DNA of 64,000 nucleotides. Source: a virus (Duplodnaviria > Caudoviricetes). Position 1 is the first letter of the stretch; each line of letters begins with the position of its first letter. A program made the translations under genes and the position numbers. The notes beneath the pieces are model-generated. The model did no database searches, had not been told where the DNA came from, and was given only the letters and a program-made list of their open reading frames with translations. Below, piece after piece: positions 18,944 through 29,571 of this stretch. The DNA is taken from IMG/VR virus record IMGVR_UViG_3300035208_002115; one strand, given 5' to 3'.

Positions 18944-20314
18944 TTACCATTTTTTTCGGTCATCATTCACTCTAAAATTGGATATTTTATCTAAATTATC
19001 TTCGGACGGTAATGGTGAAAAACCAAAACGTTTTTTAATATTATTTCTACCATATGCCCAGTTATAATCTTCTTCACCATCTTTTTTGACTCCATATACC
19101 ACACCACCTTTATCATTGGATGACCAAACATAATATGCATGTACGTTCCATTTAACACCTTTATCATCTAATATATCATAATAAGCTTCTTTGGTGTCGT
19201 GTGTAAATGCGCCAACACTCAATGGGTTATTAGTAGCTATAAGATAATCCTCATCTGTTACAATGATATCATCTTTTTCAAATTTGTAATTCTTAGGTAC
19301 AACTACGATATATTCTCGTTCTTTTTTATTACTAACATAGTCTTCTTTGTCAAATAGTTCTTCAGTTAATTCAGAAGAAATTATATTTATTTTTGAAGTT
19401 TCAACTCGAAGAACAAAACCCTCTTTATTTGAGAAGTATTTAGCTACTGGTAAACTGGCAGTGAAAGAAATGAATTTCCCATCAGTCAACTTATGAATAC
19501 CATTCTTTAGAATGTAATCAAACAACAAATCATACTTTTCTTGCATGGCTTTGTTATGCTTAAATTTCGAATCTGAATGATATTTAGTCATATCTTTCCA
19601 TTGTTGACCAATAGCTTTTTCGGCTTTTTGCCACATTGTTCCTCGGATTCCTCTGTAAATATATTTTGGTAACTTATGAGTTTTTTCTTTTATACCTTTT
19701 TTCAAAATATAATGATTATAAAATATGTATAACCAAATATATTGTAGTATATTATTTACTTTTTTAATTCCTTCTTCTGTCCTAACAGTGAATGCTGTTG
19801 TTCCAGCTACTGTTACGAATCTTTTCATTACATCTTTATTTGAATATTGGTCACGTTCTGTTTCTTTAGGGTCAGTATTTTTTATTTTTTCTAAATCTCT
19901 GTATTGACTTAATAAACCAAGACCATTAACTGACATCGTATTTCCATATATGTTCCTTGAATTATAACCACCAGAAGTTAATATTAGAAATCGAGTCTGA
20001 GTTTTTAAATCTTTGAAAATATTTGTGTCTTTTTTTGGAATTTTATAATTAAGTTCGGCTATTGAATGTATTATACTTTTAGATAGAGAATCTTTCCAAT
20101 GTAATATCATATGCTCTTTAATCTTGATATATATTTCCATATTCATACCCATTAAAGAAATTAATTCTTCAATAGTATTGAAACCAGTTAATACGGATTC
20201 ACGCAATTTGTTTCTAAAATCAGTCCAATCTGAATATTGAATATTTCCTTCAAATTTACCAAACATAGATTCATTTATTGAGTTAAACTTATTATAATTA
20301 AAGAGATGTTTCAT
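18944..20314 (-). CDS. R-S-E type ADP-ribosyltransferase-like protein (Alt/Mod-like) with CTS-like N-terminus
   Basis: YIYRG, FISFT....A..F, EREYIV; MKHLFNYNKFNSINE. Confidence 0.6.
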   Translation of the reverse strand: MKHLFNYNKFNSINESMFGKFEGNIQYSDWTDFRNKLRESVLTGFNTIEELISLMGMNMEIYIKIKEHMILHWKDSLSKSIIHSIAELNYKIPKKDTNIFKDLKTQTRFLILTSGGYNSRNIYGNTMSVNGLGLLSQYRDLEKIKNTDPKETERDQYSNKDVMKRFVTVAGTTAFTVRTEEGIKKVNNILQYIWLYIFYNHYILKKGIKEKTHKLPKYIYRGIRGTMWQKAEKAIGQQWKDMTKYHSDSKFKHNKAMQEKYDLLFDYILKNGIHKLTDGKFISFTASLPVAKYFSNKEGFVLRVETSKINIISSELTEELFDKEDYVSNKKEREYIVVVPKNYKFEKDDIIVTDEDYLIATNNPLSVGAFTHDTKEAYYDILDDKGVKWNVHAYYVWSSNDKGGVVYGVKKDGEEDYNWAYGRNNIKKRFGFSPLPSEDNLDKISNFRVNDDRKKW

Positions 20315-20371
20315 TAAAAATTTAAATATTTTTCTTTATATATTTAATTCTAAAGAAAAATTTATTTGAAA

Positions 20372-20962
20372 TTAAAATTCAGGAAATAACTCTTTTATTT
20401 TTTCTGCCCTGACTCTTTTCAATTCGGGTAATGTCCAAAACGCTTGTCCTTTTGAATATGAGAAATCTCTATCATTAACTACCTTATACATTCTATCTTC
20501 AAATGTGATATAATAATTGTTAAATTGTGTTTTATATACATCAGATTCTTTACCGTTGATAGTTATATTATCATCCCATGCATATTCAAGTTCAACTTTT
20601 CTTAGAATAAGATTTATTTCTGTATCATCTTCGTCATAAATTCTCGAAACGGGTTTAGTTGGGAGTTTTTTATTCGGCATTTTTTTACCTGTCGATACAA
20701 AATAAAAATATGTATTTTCTATCACTTTTTCCGAATGCTTTCTTACATCTGTTTCAAGTTTTTTATAAACAAACCTAATATATTTCAGCAATTCTAATTC
20801 TTTTAGAATTTGTAAGACCTTTTCATTTTTTTCGTGATAACCCAGCAACATACCAGTTTTTCTTTTGGTATAATATCTTCGATAATATTTTCTATGTAAA
20901 TCTGTTATTTCGATGTTATTTTTCATTATTTTATGATTTAAATTCATCATTAAATATTTCAT
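20372..20962 (-). CDS. hypothetical protein with RxxK tail
   Basis: Ends VRAEKIKELFPEF. Confidence 0.7.
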   Translation of the reverse strand: MKYLMMNLNHKIMKNNIEITDLHRKYYRRYYTKRKTGMLLGYHEKNEKVLQILKELELLKYIRFVYKKLETDVRKHSEKVIENTYFYFVSTGKKMPNKKLPTKPVSRIYDEDDTEINLILRKVELEYAWDDNITINGKESDVYKTQFNNYYITFEDRMYKVVNDRDFSYSKGQAFWTLPELKRVRAEKIKELFPEF

Positions 20963-21296
20963 CTAAAGCGAGAATTCTTCGTCCAATTTTTTTCTCATTC
21001 CATAAAGATTGTTCTGAAAAATTAATAAATCTAAGACTCCTATACCAATTATTATTATATTGAATATAAGCTGAACTAATATTGTGTCCAGAAGACTGTA
21101 ATAATGTACATTCTTTTCTATTTATGAAAATTATAGATTTAATAAGATAAGGGAAAAATTTTTTGTGTTTCGATAAATTGAATGACACTTCACAAAATTC
21201 ATATTCCCCATCATTTATATCATATAGAAACATACTCATTATATTATAAATATTTATCAAAAATAATAAGATATAATGTATAAAAAAAATCATCAA
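20931..21296 (-). CDS. hypothetical protein with tail variant (true start probably further downstream)
   Basis: Ends RRILALDEIF. Confidence 0.55.
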   Translation of the reverse strand: MMIFFIHYILLFLINIYNIMSMFLYDINDGEYEFCEVSFNLSKHKKFFPYLIKSIIFINRKECTLLQSSGHNISSAYIQYNNNWYRSLRFINFSEQSLWNEKKIGRRILALDEIFNDEFKS

Positions 21297-21410
21297 GAAT
21301 AATTCGGACTTATATTTTTAAATATATAGATAAAAATTAAAACTAATCATGGTGGTGCTTTTACATATCTTAAAAGAAATAATTTAATTTTAAAGTGTAC
21401 AGAATATATA

Positions 21411-21442
21411 AAAAAGAACCAGATTTAAATCTGGTTCTTTTT
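21411..21442. terminator. bidirectional intrinsic terminator
   Basis: Perfect palindrome aaaaagaaccagattt/aaatctggttcttttt right after phoH. Confidence 0.8.
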
Positions 21443-21446
21443 ATTT

Positions 21447-22232
21447 TTAATATTTATCTAATATATCTTTTATAATTGGGTTTCTAACAATATCTTCATT
21501 ATCAAATTCAAAAACCCCGATTTTTTCTATCGATTTCAATCGTTCAAATGCATCATACAATCCACTTTCTTTAACATCTTTAAATCTATCAACTTGTTCC
21601 ATGTCACCTGATATTATAAATTTAGAATTATATCCTATACGAGTTAGAACTGTTTTCATCGATTTTTTTGTTGAATTCTGAGCTTCTTCAAAAATCATTA
21701 TGCAATTATCTAAGTTACAACCTCTTAGAAACCCAAGTGCTAAAGGTTTTATGATTTCTTTTTCGATTAATTTTTCTCTTGCTTGTTTACCTATTAATTT
21801 ATCTATGATATAATAAGTTGAAAATAGATATTCTGAAAGTTTATCATTTATGTCACCGGGGAGAAATCCATAAGATTCCTCTGATTCCACAGCAGGTGTA
21901 ATAATATAAATTTTATCATATGAATTATCTGGTTTCTGTAAAAGTTTTAAAGCTTCTACTATCGATAAATATGACTTACCAACACCAGCCGGGCCTTTAC
22001 AGATAATGATTTCCTTCTCATCTATTAAATTTATAAAATCTTTTTGTTTTTTATTTTTACATTTTACTATTAATCTTTTACCTATTAACACTTCAGTTTT
22101 ATGTTTATTTGTTAATTCGAGAACCTGTTCACCGTTTGTGATAGTTTCATAGTCACCACTAATTCTGGATTTTAAAGCTGTTGTACTTAAAAACTGATAG
22201 TTGTTGTTAGGTTTACCGTTTTTCTTTGACAT
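21447..22232 (-). CDS. phoH: PhoH family ATPase
   Basis: GPAGVGKS, GFLPG...K, LRG, EEAQN, TRIG..SK....GD..Q.D, DIVRNP. Confidence 0.92.
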   Translation of the reverse strand: MSKKNGKPNNNYQFLSTTALKSRISGDYETITNGEQVLELTNKHKTEVLIGKRLIVKCKNKKQKDFINLIDEKEIIICKGPAGVGKSYLSIVEALKLLQKPDNSYDKIYIITPAVESEESYGFLPGDINDKLSEYLFSTYYIIDKLIGKQAREKLIEKEIIKPLALGFLRGCNLDNCIMIFEEAQNSTKKSMKTVLTRIGYNSKFIISGDMEQVDRFKDVKESGLYDAFERLKSIEKIGVFEFDNEDIVRNPIIKDILDKY

Positions 22233-22289
22233 AATAGAGTCTTTGTTTTTAATTCCATTTTACTGGAATAATGACTTACTTAAAATAAA

Positions 22290-22389
22290 AAAGCACAAGA
22301 CAACCGTTTTCACTTTTCAATCCTGTTTTCAAACGAATTATTCGAAATAGTTCCGTTAAAACTTAGATTTTTATGGTTTCTTGTGCTTT
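22290..22389 (-). ncRNA. candidate ~100-nt structured RNA / leader upstream of phoH
   Basis: aaagcacaaga(22290-300)/tcttgtgcttt(22379-389) closing stem, inner stems, U-tract on the minus strand. Confidence 0.45.
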
Positions 22390-22570
22390 CTATTGTAATC
22401 ATATTTAGTGTATCCATAATACATAATTATATATTAATAGTGCCATTATGAGATTTTTCTAAGAAAAATAAAAATATTTTTTATACTGGTGAATATCAAC
22501 AAAATAATATTTAGTCAATATATAAGATAATAAAATATATTTTTCTTTTTTTTAAGAATAAAATAAACGC

Positions 22571-22849
22571 ATGAATAACAAGGTAATAGCTGGGAAGATA
22601 ATTAATAAAGAACTTGGAAATAAACTTTTAAAAATAGATTTAAATAGTATTAAGTATATAACAATTGCTGGTACAAGTAAAATTGATGGAATGCCATTTA
22701 TAATAATTAGTAAAAATATACTTAGGAGAATGAAAATAAATGAATTATTTTCAGATTTTAATGATTGTGTAATATCTGATATTGAAAGAGAAATATTAAA
22801 AGCCTTTGAAGATAATAATAAAGAAATACTTGAAATCATAATGATATAA
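22571..22849 (+). CDS. hypothetical protein with internal RxxK motif
   Basis: LRRMKINELF; followed by a terminator. Confidence 0.65.
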   Translation: MNNKVIAGKIINKELGNKLLKIDLNSIKYITIAGTSKIDGMPFIIISKNILRRMKINELFSDFNDCVISDIEREILKAFEDNNKEILEIIMI

Positions 22850-22875
22850 AAAAGCCACTTAAAAAGTGGCTTTTT
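22849..22875. terminator. bidirectional intrinsic terminator
   Basis: aaaaagccactt-aaa-aagtggcttttt between convergent genes. Confidence 0.8.
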
Positions 22876-22916
22876 CATTGAACTTAACTTAACTTAAAAA
22901 TCCCTATGAAAAATTT

Positions 22917-24143
22917 TTAAACATTCTCTGTATATGTAGTATCAGTAGTATCAGTTGTTTCTTTTACTCTGTTTTTATCATATAAAGACAGGTATATTTT
23001 TCTGTCATCTTTTAAAACATTGACTACTTTCACACTGATTTTATCGTTTTGAGAAAGATGTTTTTTGTATTTATTCAAATAACTTATCTGAATTAAACCA
23101 ATTGTTTCATAATCAAGCTTAACTAAAGCTCCAAATGGTTTCATTGCTACAACTTCTCCATCCAGTATCATTCCAACTTTAATGGTGTCCCAAAGTGAAT
23201 CATCTAAAGTTTGGGTCAATATAATTTTGCTATTTTTTGTGATTTCTTTGATATAAAACACCATCAGTGTTCCTGGTTTTATTTCCTCAATCCTATCTCT
23301 CCAGTCAGAATTCACATTTGCTTTGTGAATCATACCTGTTAAACAACCATCGAATTGAACAAATACACCAAATGGGGTTGTACCAGTAACTAAACCCTCA
23401 TATTTTTCTTCAAAACTCAGTTTGTTCATTTTTTCAGGTATCAGAGTACGTAGATATTTTTTCCTACTTACAACGTATACACCTTTTTCCTGTTGCATAG
23501 TTTCCAACAATACATTTATTTCCTTACCTAATAAAACATTCGGGTCGTATAACCTATTTACATCAGCCAATGTATTAGGCATAAATGCACCAACTTTAAC
23601 TTTATCTATTTCCATAGACAACATAAAACCTGCTGGTATTATTTCATTGACAACAGCTACTATTGGTGTGTTTTCTTCAAAATATGTTCTGATTTTAGTA
23701 TCAACATTTCTTCTTAATAAATCCATGATTGAACCTCTAATCATGAAAATTGGTTTACTTTGTATTTCTTTTATCAGAACGTCAATAACATCACCCTCTT
23801 TGAATGATTTTAGTGTAGGCCAGTCCGATAGTTTATTTTCGACATAGATATAATCCTTATAATTGAAATCGATTTGCATTTCCCTCTTGGTCATAAATCG
23901 AATTTGACCTGTTACTACCATCCCTTCTTCTACTTTCTTATCGAAAGAATGCAACCCATCATACAACGATAGTTTGTATTCTTGTTCATTTGTTAAGTTG
24001 GCATTTTCTTTATTTTTATAACTAAAAATATGTTCTCTGCCATTTAAAATAGAATTCCAATCAAAATTATCATTCCCATCAACTTGATTAGATGTTTTTA
24101 GCTCATTGCTAATTTCTCCCTTTATTTTTTGTTCCATATCCAT
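22917..24143 (-). CDS. rpsA: ribosomal protein S1-like protein (about 4 S1 domains)
   Basis: EEG.VV.G.I, GF......AFMP...VVSRK, G.V.G...FGVFV..DG...G.IH, G.V....FGALV...GLI..S. Confidence 0.8.
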   Translation of the reverse strand: MDMEQKIKGEISNELKTSNQVDGNDNFDWNSILNGREHIFSYKNKENANLTNEQEYKLSLYDGLHSFDKKVEEGMVVTGQIRFMTKREMQIDFNYKDYIYVENKLSDWPTLKSFKEGDVIDVLIKEIQSKPIFMIRGSIMDLLRRNVDTKIRTYFEENTPIVAVVNEIIPAGFMLSMEIDKVKVGAFMPNTLADVNRLYDPNVLLGKEINVLLETMQQEKGVYVVSRKKYLRTLIPEKMNKLSFEEKYEGLVTGTTPFGVFVQFDGCLTGMIHKANVNSDWRDRIEEIKPGTLMVFYIKEITKNSKIILTQTLDDSLWDTIKVGMILDGEVVAMKPFGALVKLDYETIGLIQISYLNKYKKHLSQNDKISVKVVNVLKDDRKIYLSLYDKNRVKETTDTTDTTYTENV

Positions 24144-24166
24144 GAATTAATTAATTGTTTTAATTA

Positions 24167-24194
24167 CTTGTAGTGGTGGGATGTTTAAAAGTTT
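24167..24194 (-). promoter_or_regulatory. AAAC-N18-TACAAG promoter-like motif upstream of S1
   Basis: Reverse complement: AAAC, 18 nt, TACAAG. Confidence 0.45.
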
Positions 24195-24213
24195 TTATTT
24201 TTAAGAAAAAAAT

Positions 24214-24825
24214 TTATATCCTATGTTTTGGTTCATTTATAGGTATATCAAAAATGTTTTTGTCGGGTGTGTTCGGTTTATCTCCAATTTTCCAGAGAAT
24301 GTCGATAAAATTATATAGAAATGTTATAGAAAACGTTTTTTCAGATATATCCATCACATGATAACTTAATCTATTTTCTGATATAGATTTTAGTAAATTT
24401 TCTTTGAATACAACAGCATATATAACATCACCATTTTTATCTAAGATGTCAAGATTAAAAATTGGTATATATTGAGTATCATTATTTAAATAATATTCAT
24501 TTAATATTTCCACTAACATAAAATAATTAATATGAGCATCTACGCTTCTGAATGTTATATCAAGTTCTCTTGTAAAATTATCAAACACAGACCCAGCATT
24601 TTTCCAATGTACCTCTTTACCCCTTTTTAATATTTGGGTTGATGTGTTAAATTGGATGGATGGGAATGTTATTTCTTTTATTGTACTATTAATATAATCC
24701 AATACACCATCATATGGTATAAAATTTTTATCCATAAAAATAAGCATACGTTCTTCTATTTCTTTTGGAATGAAATCACTCGGAAAATTGAATACGAATT
24801 GGTTATTTTGTGATGATAGTCTCAT
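24214..24825 (-). CDS. tail tube / tail completion (T4 gp3/gp19-fold)-like protein
   Basis: ITFPSI, L.ITF..VD..NY, L.ILD......V.F, L.Y.....TF..TF.Y pattern. Confidence 0.5.
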   Translation of the reverse strand: MRLSSQNNQFVFNFPSDFIPKEIEERMLIFMDKNFIPYDGVLDYINSTIKEITFPSIQFNTSTQILKRGKEVHWKNAGSVFDNFTRELDITFRSVDAHINYFMLVEILNEYYLNNDTQYIPIFNLDILDKNGDVIYAVVFKENLLKSISENRLSYHVMDISEKTFSITFLYNFIDILWKIGDKPNTPDKNIFDIPINEPKHRI

Positions 24826-24828
24826 ATG

Positions 24829-27072
24829 TTATAATATATCTTTTAATTTTATTGTTTTTGAAATACCATTAGCAACATATTTTATTAAAGTTGGTGAATT
24901 CTTTGTTGTTTGTGTAGTGTTCAATTTATTTAATTTTTCATCAATGGCCTTTTTAACTTGACTTTCTGTTATAGTATTATTTGTTTTAGCACTTTGGTTT
25001 TGACCATCATAAATATCTATTCTTATTACTTTACTAATAAATTCGGTTTTCTTTTCTATAACAGTAACTTTCAATAAATGAACAGCATTTATGTAATATA
25101 CATAATCATTATAAATCCACGTTTTAATACCAAGTGTTTTAATATATGTTTCAAAATCAGCTTTTACGATTTTCTTTTTAATAAAAATTAATAAATTAAA
25201 ATAATTTTTATTATTTTTTATTTGATTATTTGGTGTTGTTAAAGGTACGTTTACTGCTTTGAACTGAGAGTTTTGACTGACTTGTTTATCTAATTCTAAT
25301 TTTTTTATTTTTTGATTTAATAAACTAACAGTTTGGTTATATTTTTTATTTGTTGCTTCCAATTGTTTTTTATAAATATCAACACCAATACCAGTTCCAG
25401 CAGAAGTTACTGGTGACTTTGTAGTATTTTTAATATCTACAAATTTGATGTTTTCATAAAAATCATATTTTCCAGAATATAATAGTGTTCTACTATCATT
25501 TGAGTATAATATCAAATAGAAATTTTTAAATTTTTTATTGTATATACTTTTTATCGTTGCAATATCACTCTCTTTAATTTTAAATACCACATCTCCATTT
25601 TTAAAATCATTTTCATTAGATTGAGCAAAATAATCTATTTCCAATGTTTTAGCATCGGATTTAAATACCAGTTTAAGTTTAGCATTGTTTGATATTGTAA
25701 ATAAATCATAGGGTACAGGCTCACCCGTTTTATTATCAACAGCCGTTGCTAAACTAAATTTAACTATGTTATCAAACGGGGTAATAACAATGTTTAATAA
25801 ACCATTTGATTTATATTCACTATTAATAGAAACAGTACTATTAACCAGTAATTTATATTTATCATATAAAACTGGGTATGGAACTTTTGTTATACTGGTT
25901 GTATCATCATTTGAAGTGCCATTAATTATAATTGTTTCTGGTTTAGCTTTATAAATTTTAGGCTTAAATACAGAACTGTCCAGATTAATTCGGGATAATG
26001 TTTTACCATATTTAAATATACTTTTTGTTAATCCAATTGAAGCATAACGTTCAATTTGATTATTATTCACTAAATCTTTGACATTCATTTGAACATCAAT
26101 AGCTGCTGTTGTATTTGAAAACCGTATAATTGGTCTGTATAAAAGTTTTTGAGAAAAGTTTTCATTTACAACAAATGTCTGAGGATACCCACTTTGAATG
26201 TTTTCTTCAAATAATGTAATAACATATTCTAATTCAATACGTTTTCCTTTAGCTTCAACATCGCTTACGAAATCATCCAAATTTTCATTAGTACCTTTGT
26301 ATATTCCATATATTTCAAAAAAATCTCCCTGAGTTGATTCAACTATTTCCACTCCCAGTGATTGGTATTCTGGTTGTTGTGGTACTGATGTTTCAAATGT
26401 TTCACCTAATCTGTAATATAATTTATTTAAAACAACTTCACCTGTTACAATGTATGAAAAATCTATAAAAATTGGAGCTGATTGACTTAATCCAACACCG
26501 TTTGTTAAATTATAATTTATAGTATTAGGTATTACAGTATTCGAAGTATCATTAATTATTCGGTCTTTGGCTATATTATATATAGATGGAATATCTAATG
26601 TAATACTTTTTCCCCATAACTTTTCATCATAAGTAAAGGGTGTTTCTAAATTAATCATACCAATATTATCATCGAGAGCTATATCATAATAAAATTTACA
26701 AATTGAATGTATGTTTTCGTTTGCATAATCCAACGTGTAAATATCTAAATGAAATCCCCTATATGTGTTGAAAACATAATTAACAGGAAAATATAATTTT
26801 ATTTTATCATGTGATAAAGGATTACCTGCATAATTTTGTTTTTTTAAGAAATTAAAAGATTCAGTATTAAACTGTGAATATTTCTTAACTACTTTATCGA
26901 CACAAAATAATGTATGGTCTTCACTATTAAGTGGAAGAAATGATACATAATCTCTTGTACCTAAGTTTAAATTGGAAAGGACTGAATAATTTTCATTTTT
27001 TATATTATTATCATCGTATGTCCATTCAAGTAAAACATTAATGTCAAGCTTTATCCTTTTAGTAATCGCCAT
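24829..27072 (-). CDS. large putative structural protein
   Basis: 747 aa, beta-rich, follows ATATATA motif, co-transcribed with the tail-tube-like gene. Confidence 0.5.
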   Translation of the reverse strand: MAITKRIKLDINVLLEWTYDDNNIKNENYSVLSNLNLGTRDYVSFLPLNSEDHTLFCVDKVVKKYSQFNTESFNFLKKQNYAGNPLSHDKIKLYFPVNYVFNTYRGFHLDIYTLDYANENIHSICKFYYDIALDDNIGMINLETPFTYDEKLWGKSITLDIPSIYNIAKDRIINDTSNTVIPNTINYNLTNGVGLSQSAPIFIDFSYIVTGEVVLNKLYYRLGETFETSVPQQPEYQSLGVEIVESTQGDFFEIYGIYKGTNENLDDFVSDVEAKGKRIELEYVITLFEENIQSGYPQTFVVNENFSQKLLYRPIIRFSNTTAAIDVQMNVKDLVNNNQIERYASIGLTKSIFKYGKTLSRINLDSSVFKPKIYKAKPETIIINGTSNDDTTSITKVPYPVLYDKYKLLVNSTVSINSEYKSNGLLNIVITPFDNIVKFSLATAVDNKTGEPVPYDLFTISNNAKLKLVFKSDAKTLEIDYFAQSNENDFKNGDVVFKIKESDIATIKSIYNKKFKNFYLILYSNDSRTLLYSGKYDFYENIKFVDIKNTTKSPVTSAGTGIGVDIYKKQLEATNKKYNQTVSLLNQKIKKLELDKQVSQNSQFKAVNVPLTTPNNQIKNNKNYFNLLIFIKKKIVKADFETYIKTLGIKTWIYNDYVYYINAVHLLKVTVIEKKTEFISKVIRIDIYDGQNQSAKTNNTITESQVKKAIDEKLNKLNTTQTTKNSPTLIKYVANGISKTIKLKDIL

Positions 27073-27150
27073 TAATTCATTGATTAATTTTTAATATATA
27101 TTAAATTAGAAATATCTACCTTATATATTAAAAAATAAATCTTATCAATT

Positions 27151-27159
27151 TAATATATA
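27151..27159 (+). promoter_or_regulatory. late-type TAATATATA motif
   Basis: 30 nt before ATG 27181. Confidence 0.5.
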
Positions 27160-27180
27160 AATAAAAATAAAAATAATTTT

Positions 27181-27507
27181 ATGGCACTTTTAGTATCTTC
27201 AGGAATAACCATATTTAGAGATATAAGTTTAGAAACTCTTTATATTAGGTTGGATATAAATTTCATACAATCTGGTAATGAAATAGTGATAACACCACAC
27301 CCATATACATCTAAACAAGCTTTTAAAGAAAGTAGATTCAATAATGAATTAATTATGAGAGGTTTCGACCCCATTTCAATTGAATATAATTATGAAATAG
27401 ATGGTGATATGATATTACATGCACACAATAGTTTCGTTGAATATGTTAATAATAATTTAACAGATTTAATACCAATCAACTCTACAATAATTATTGATTT
27501 AGATTAA
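27181..27507 (+). CDS. hypothetical (late) protein
   Basis: ORF track. Confidence 0.7.
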   Translation: MALLVSSGITIFRDISLETLYIRLDINFIQSGNEIVITPHPYTSKQAFKESRFNNELIMRGFDPISIEYNYEIDGDMILHAHNSFVEYVNNNLTDLIPINSTIIIDLD

Positions 27508-27522
27508 AAATATTTTTATTTT

Positions 27523-27813
27523 ATGAAAGTAAAAAAATTTGAAATGTTCATGAATGAGAGTATTGCTTCAATATTCAATTATACCAGAACATATAGCGAT
27601 GATGTTAGTAGGTCACTTATTGATGTTATTATGAGAGCTAATAAAGTTTCTGAAAAAAGTTTCAACCAAGTCGATTCTATTATGGCTAATGTCAAAGAAT
27701 TATTAACTAACAATAATGAAGCTAAAGATGTTATAGCTGAATTTGAATCCGAAAATAAAAGAGCAGAGTTTTGTGCCGAATATATTTACCATTATATTAT
27801 AAATAAAAAATAA
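27523..27813 (+). CDS. CTS-tagged hypothetical protein
   Basis: MKVKKFEMFMNE. Confidence 0.7.
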   Translation: MKVKKFEMFMNESIASIFNYTRTYSDDVSRSLIDVIMRANKVSEKSFNQVDSIMANVKELLTNNNEAKDVIAEFESENKRAEFCAEYIYHYIINKK

Positions 27814-27818
27814 AATTT

Positions 27819-28142
27819 ATGTATTCATTTGAACAATTTCAATTACTGGAGAAACGTAATCGGTATCAAGAAAATAAAAAATCTTTACACCTGAGTAGGA
27901 AAATATCAGATAAAATGAAAGAATTGATAGAACCATTGATGAATACTGGTTCTAAAGTTAGAAATGGTTTTGTGACAGGACTTAAAAAGCCTTTTGGTTT
28001 ATCTAAAAAGATGGGTGGTATTGGTCTTGGTGCTGATAAGGATGGATTTTTTGTTTATACTCATAGAGCATCCAGTGAAAGATACGCTTCTCCAGAAGCA
28101 ATTCCTGAAAAGGATATAAAATTTATACAAAGTACAGGATAA
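27819..28142 (+). CDS. CTS-tagged hypothetical protein
   Basis: MYSFEQFQLLE; GFFVYTHRA.S..Y. Confidence 0.7.
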   Translation: MYSFEQFQLLEKRNRYQENKKSLHLSRKISDKMKELIEPLMNTGSKVRNGFVTGLKKPFGLSKKMGGIGLGADKDGFFVYTHRASSERYASPEAIPEKDIKFIQSTG

Positions 28143-28708
28143 TGGAAGAATTAAAATATATAAAAACATTTGAAACGTATGTTCATTCAAATTATAATGT
28201 TGATATGAACAATCCTATTGATTTATTAAAAGACTATCCAAATTTATTTTATTCAGAACCAACACCTGAAATGTTGAAAGAATTTAATAAAATAATAAAT
28301 CCAAATAAAAATCAGTATCAACCAAAAATTAGACCCGTGAAATTATATCATGGTACATCGGCTAATATTGATATTTTAAAAGATGGGTTATTAACTACAA
28401 AAATGAAAACTAAAAAATCTATGCAATCTCAAACTGGATATGTTTATTTATCTATTTTTCCAGATATGGCTAAAACTTTTGGGGATATAGCATATCCATA
28501 TGATGATATTGTGGTTTATGAAGTTGTAGTGCCAATTTATTTATTACAAGCTGATAAAGACCAATTAAGAAATCAACGTGCATACGCAGGTAGGGACACT
28601 GGTGATTCATTAGCTGAAAGTGCATTATATGGTCATGGTTTCAGGGTTAAAGGTGATATACCACCTTATATGATTAGTGTGTATAAAAAATATCCGAGAA
28701 ACAAATGA
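28142..28708 (+). CDS. ART-fold (Tpt1/PARP-like H-Y) protein with CTS-like N-terminus
   Basis: LKYIKTFE; LYHGT......I...GL; GYVYLS....A..F; G.IPP..I. Confidence 0.6.
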   Translation: MEELKYIKTFETYVHSNYNVDMNNPIDLLKDYPNLFYSEPTPEMLKEFNKIINPNKNQYQPKIRPVKLYHGTSANIDILKDGLLTTKMKTKKSMQSQTGYVYLSIFPDMAKTFGDIAYPYDDIVVYEVVVPIYLLQADKDQLRNQRAYAGRDTGDSLAESALYGHGFRVKGDIPPYMISVYKKYPRNK

Positions 28709-29532
28709 TTACCAAACAAGAAGGTTTAGAAAGTTTAATGGATAGTGCCAAAAGACATGGTTTTACTTTTGAAAAAGACAGTAAAAATAATATTATAGTG
28801 TATCACGGTACAAGTGAATTTGCTGCTAAACAAATTGAAGCAACTAAATATTTCAAGGACGGTTTCTTTTTTCATAGTGATGAAGGTAGTTTTGAAAGTG
28901 ATTTCGATAATGTGTGGAATTATGCTACAATTAGAGCTGGACAAAAAGGTGAAAAAGGAAACGGTGAAGTTTTAACTATGGTAGTTGACCCAAGATGTTT
29001 ATTAATTAATGGTGCTGGTGAAACGGAATCGGATGGCGACCTATACTTAGATACAGATGATGTATGGAAAACTAAAGAATATCTAAATAAAAATATAAAA
29101 GAGGTTTCTAAGAATCCCGAATTAAGAACAAAAGAAGAAATAAAAAAGGTTATTGATGATGATTTAAATGTAATAGTTACTGATAAATTCGCTGAGTGGA
29201 TATTACAAACAGTTAGACATTATCTGTTTACTAAGAAAATTTCTTTAGATGGTGTTATTACTGCTATTTGTGGTGACTTAAACTATTTTTATGATATAAG
29301 TTATGATTATAAAGATTTTTTGGATGACCCAGACCCAGAAATGGTCGATGATATGAGTAAAATAAACACATTCAAAGATTTTATATCAACATGGGGTTAT
29401 ACAGATGAAAATTTTAAAGTATTACAAGATGTTTTATGGATGTTAAAAGACGATTTGAAAGTAAAACATATCGCTAATGTGATAACAGAAAACTTAAAAT
29501 ATATAAAACGATTTAAATATTTTAAAAGTTAA
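28705..29532 (+). CDS. ART-fold-like protein with CTS-like motif at the C-terminus
   Basis: VYHGTS...A..I; ends ITENLKYIKRFKYF. Confidence 0.5.
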   Translation: MITKQEGLESLMDSAKRHGFTFEKDSKNNIIVYHGTSEFAAKQIEATKYFKDGFFFHSDEGSFESDFDNVWNYATIRAGQKGEKGNGEVLTMVVDPRCLLINGAGETESDGDLYLDTDDVWKTKEYLNKNIKEVSKNPELRTKEEIKKVIDDDLNVIVTDKFAEWILQTVRHYLFTKKISLDGVITAICGDLNYFYDISYDYKDFLDDPDPEMVDDMSKINTFKDFISTWGYTDENFKVLQDVLWMLKDDLKVKHIANVITENLKYIKRFKYFKS

Positions 29533-29556
29533 AGGTCAGATTTCTCTGACCTTTTT
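29531..29556. terminator. intrinsic terminator
   Basis: aaaggtcaga-tttc-tctgaccttttt. Confidence 0.75.
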
Positions 29557-29571
29557 GTGTAAATAATCTCG

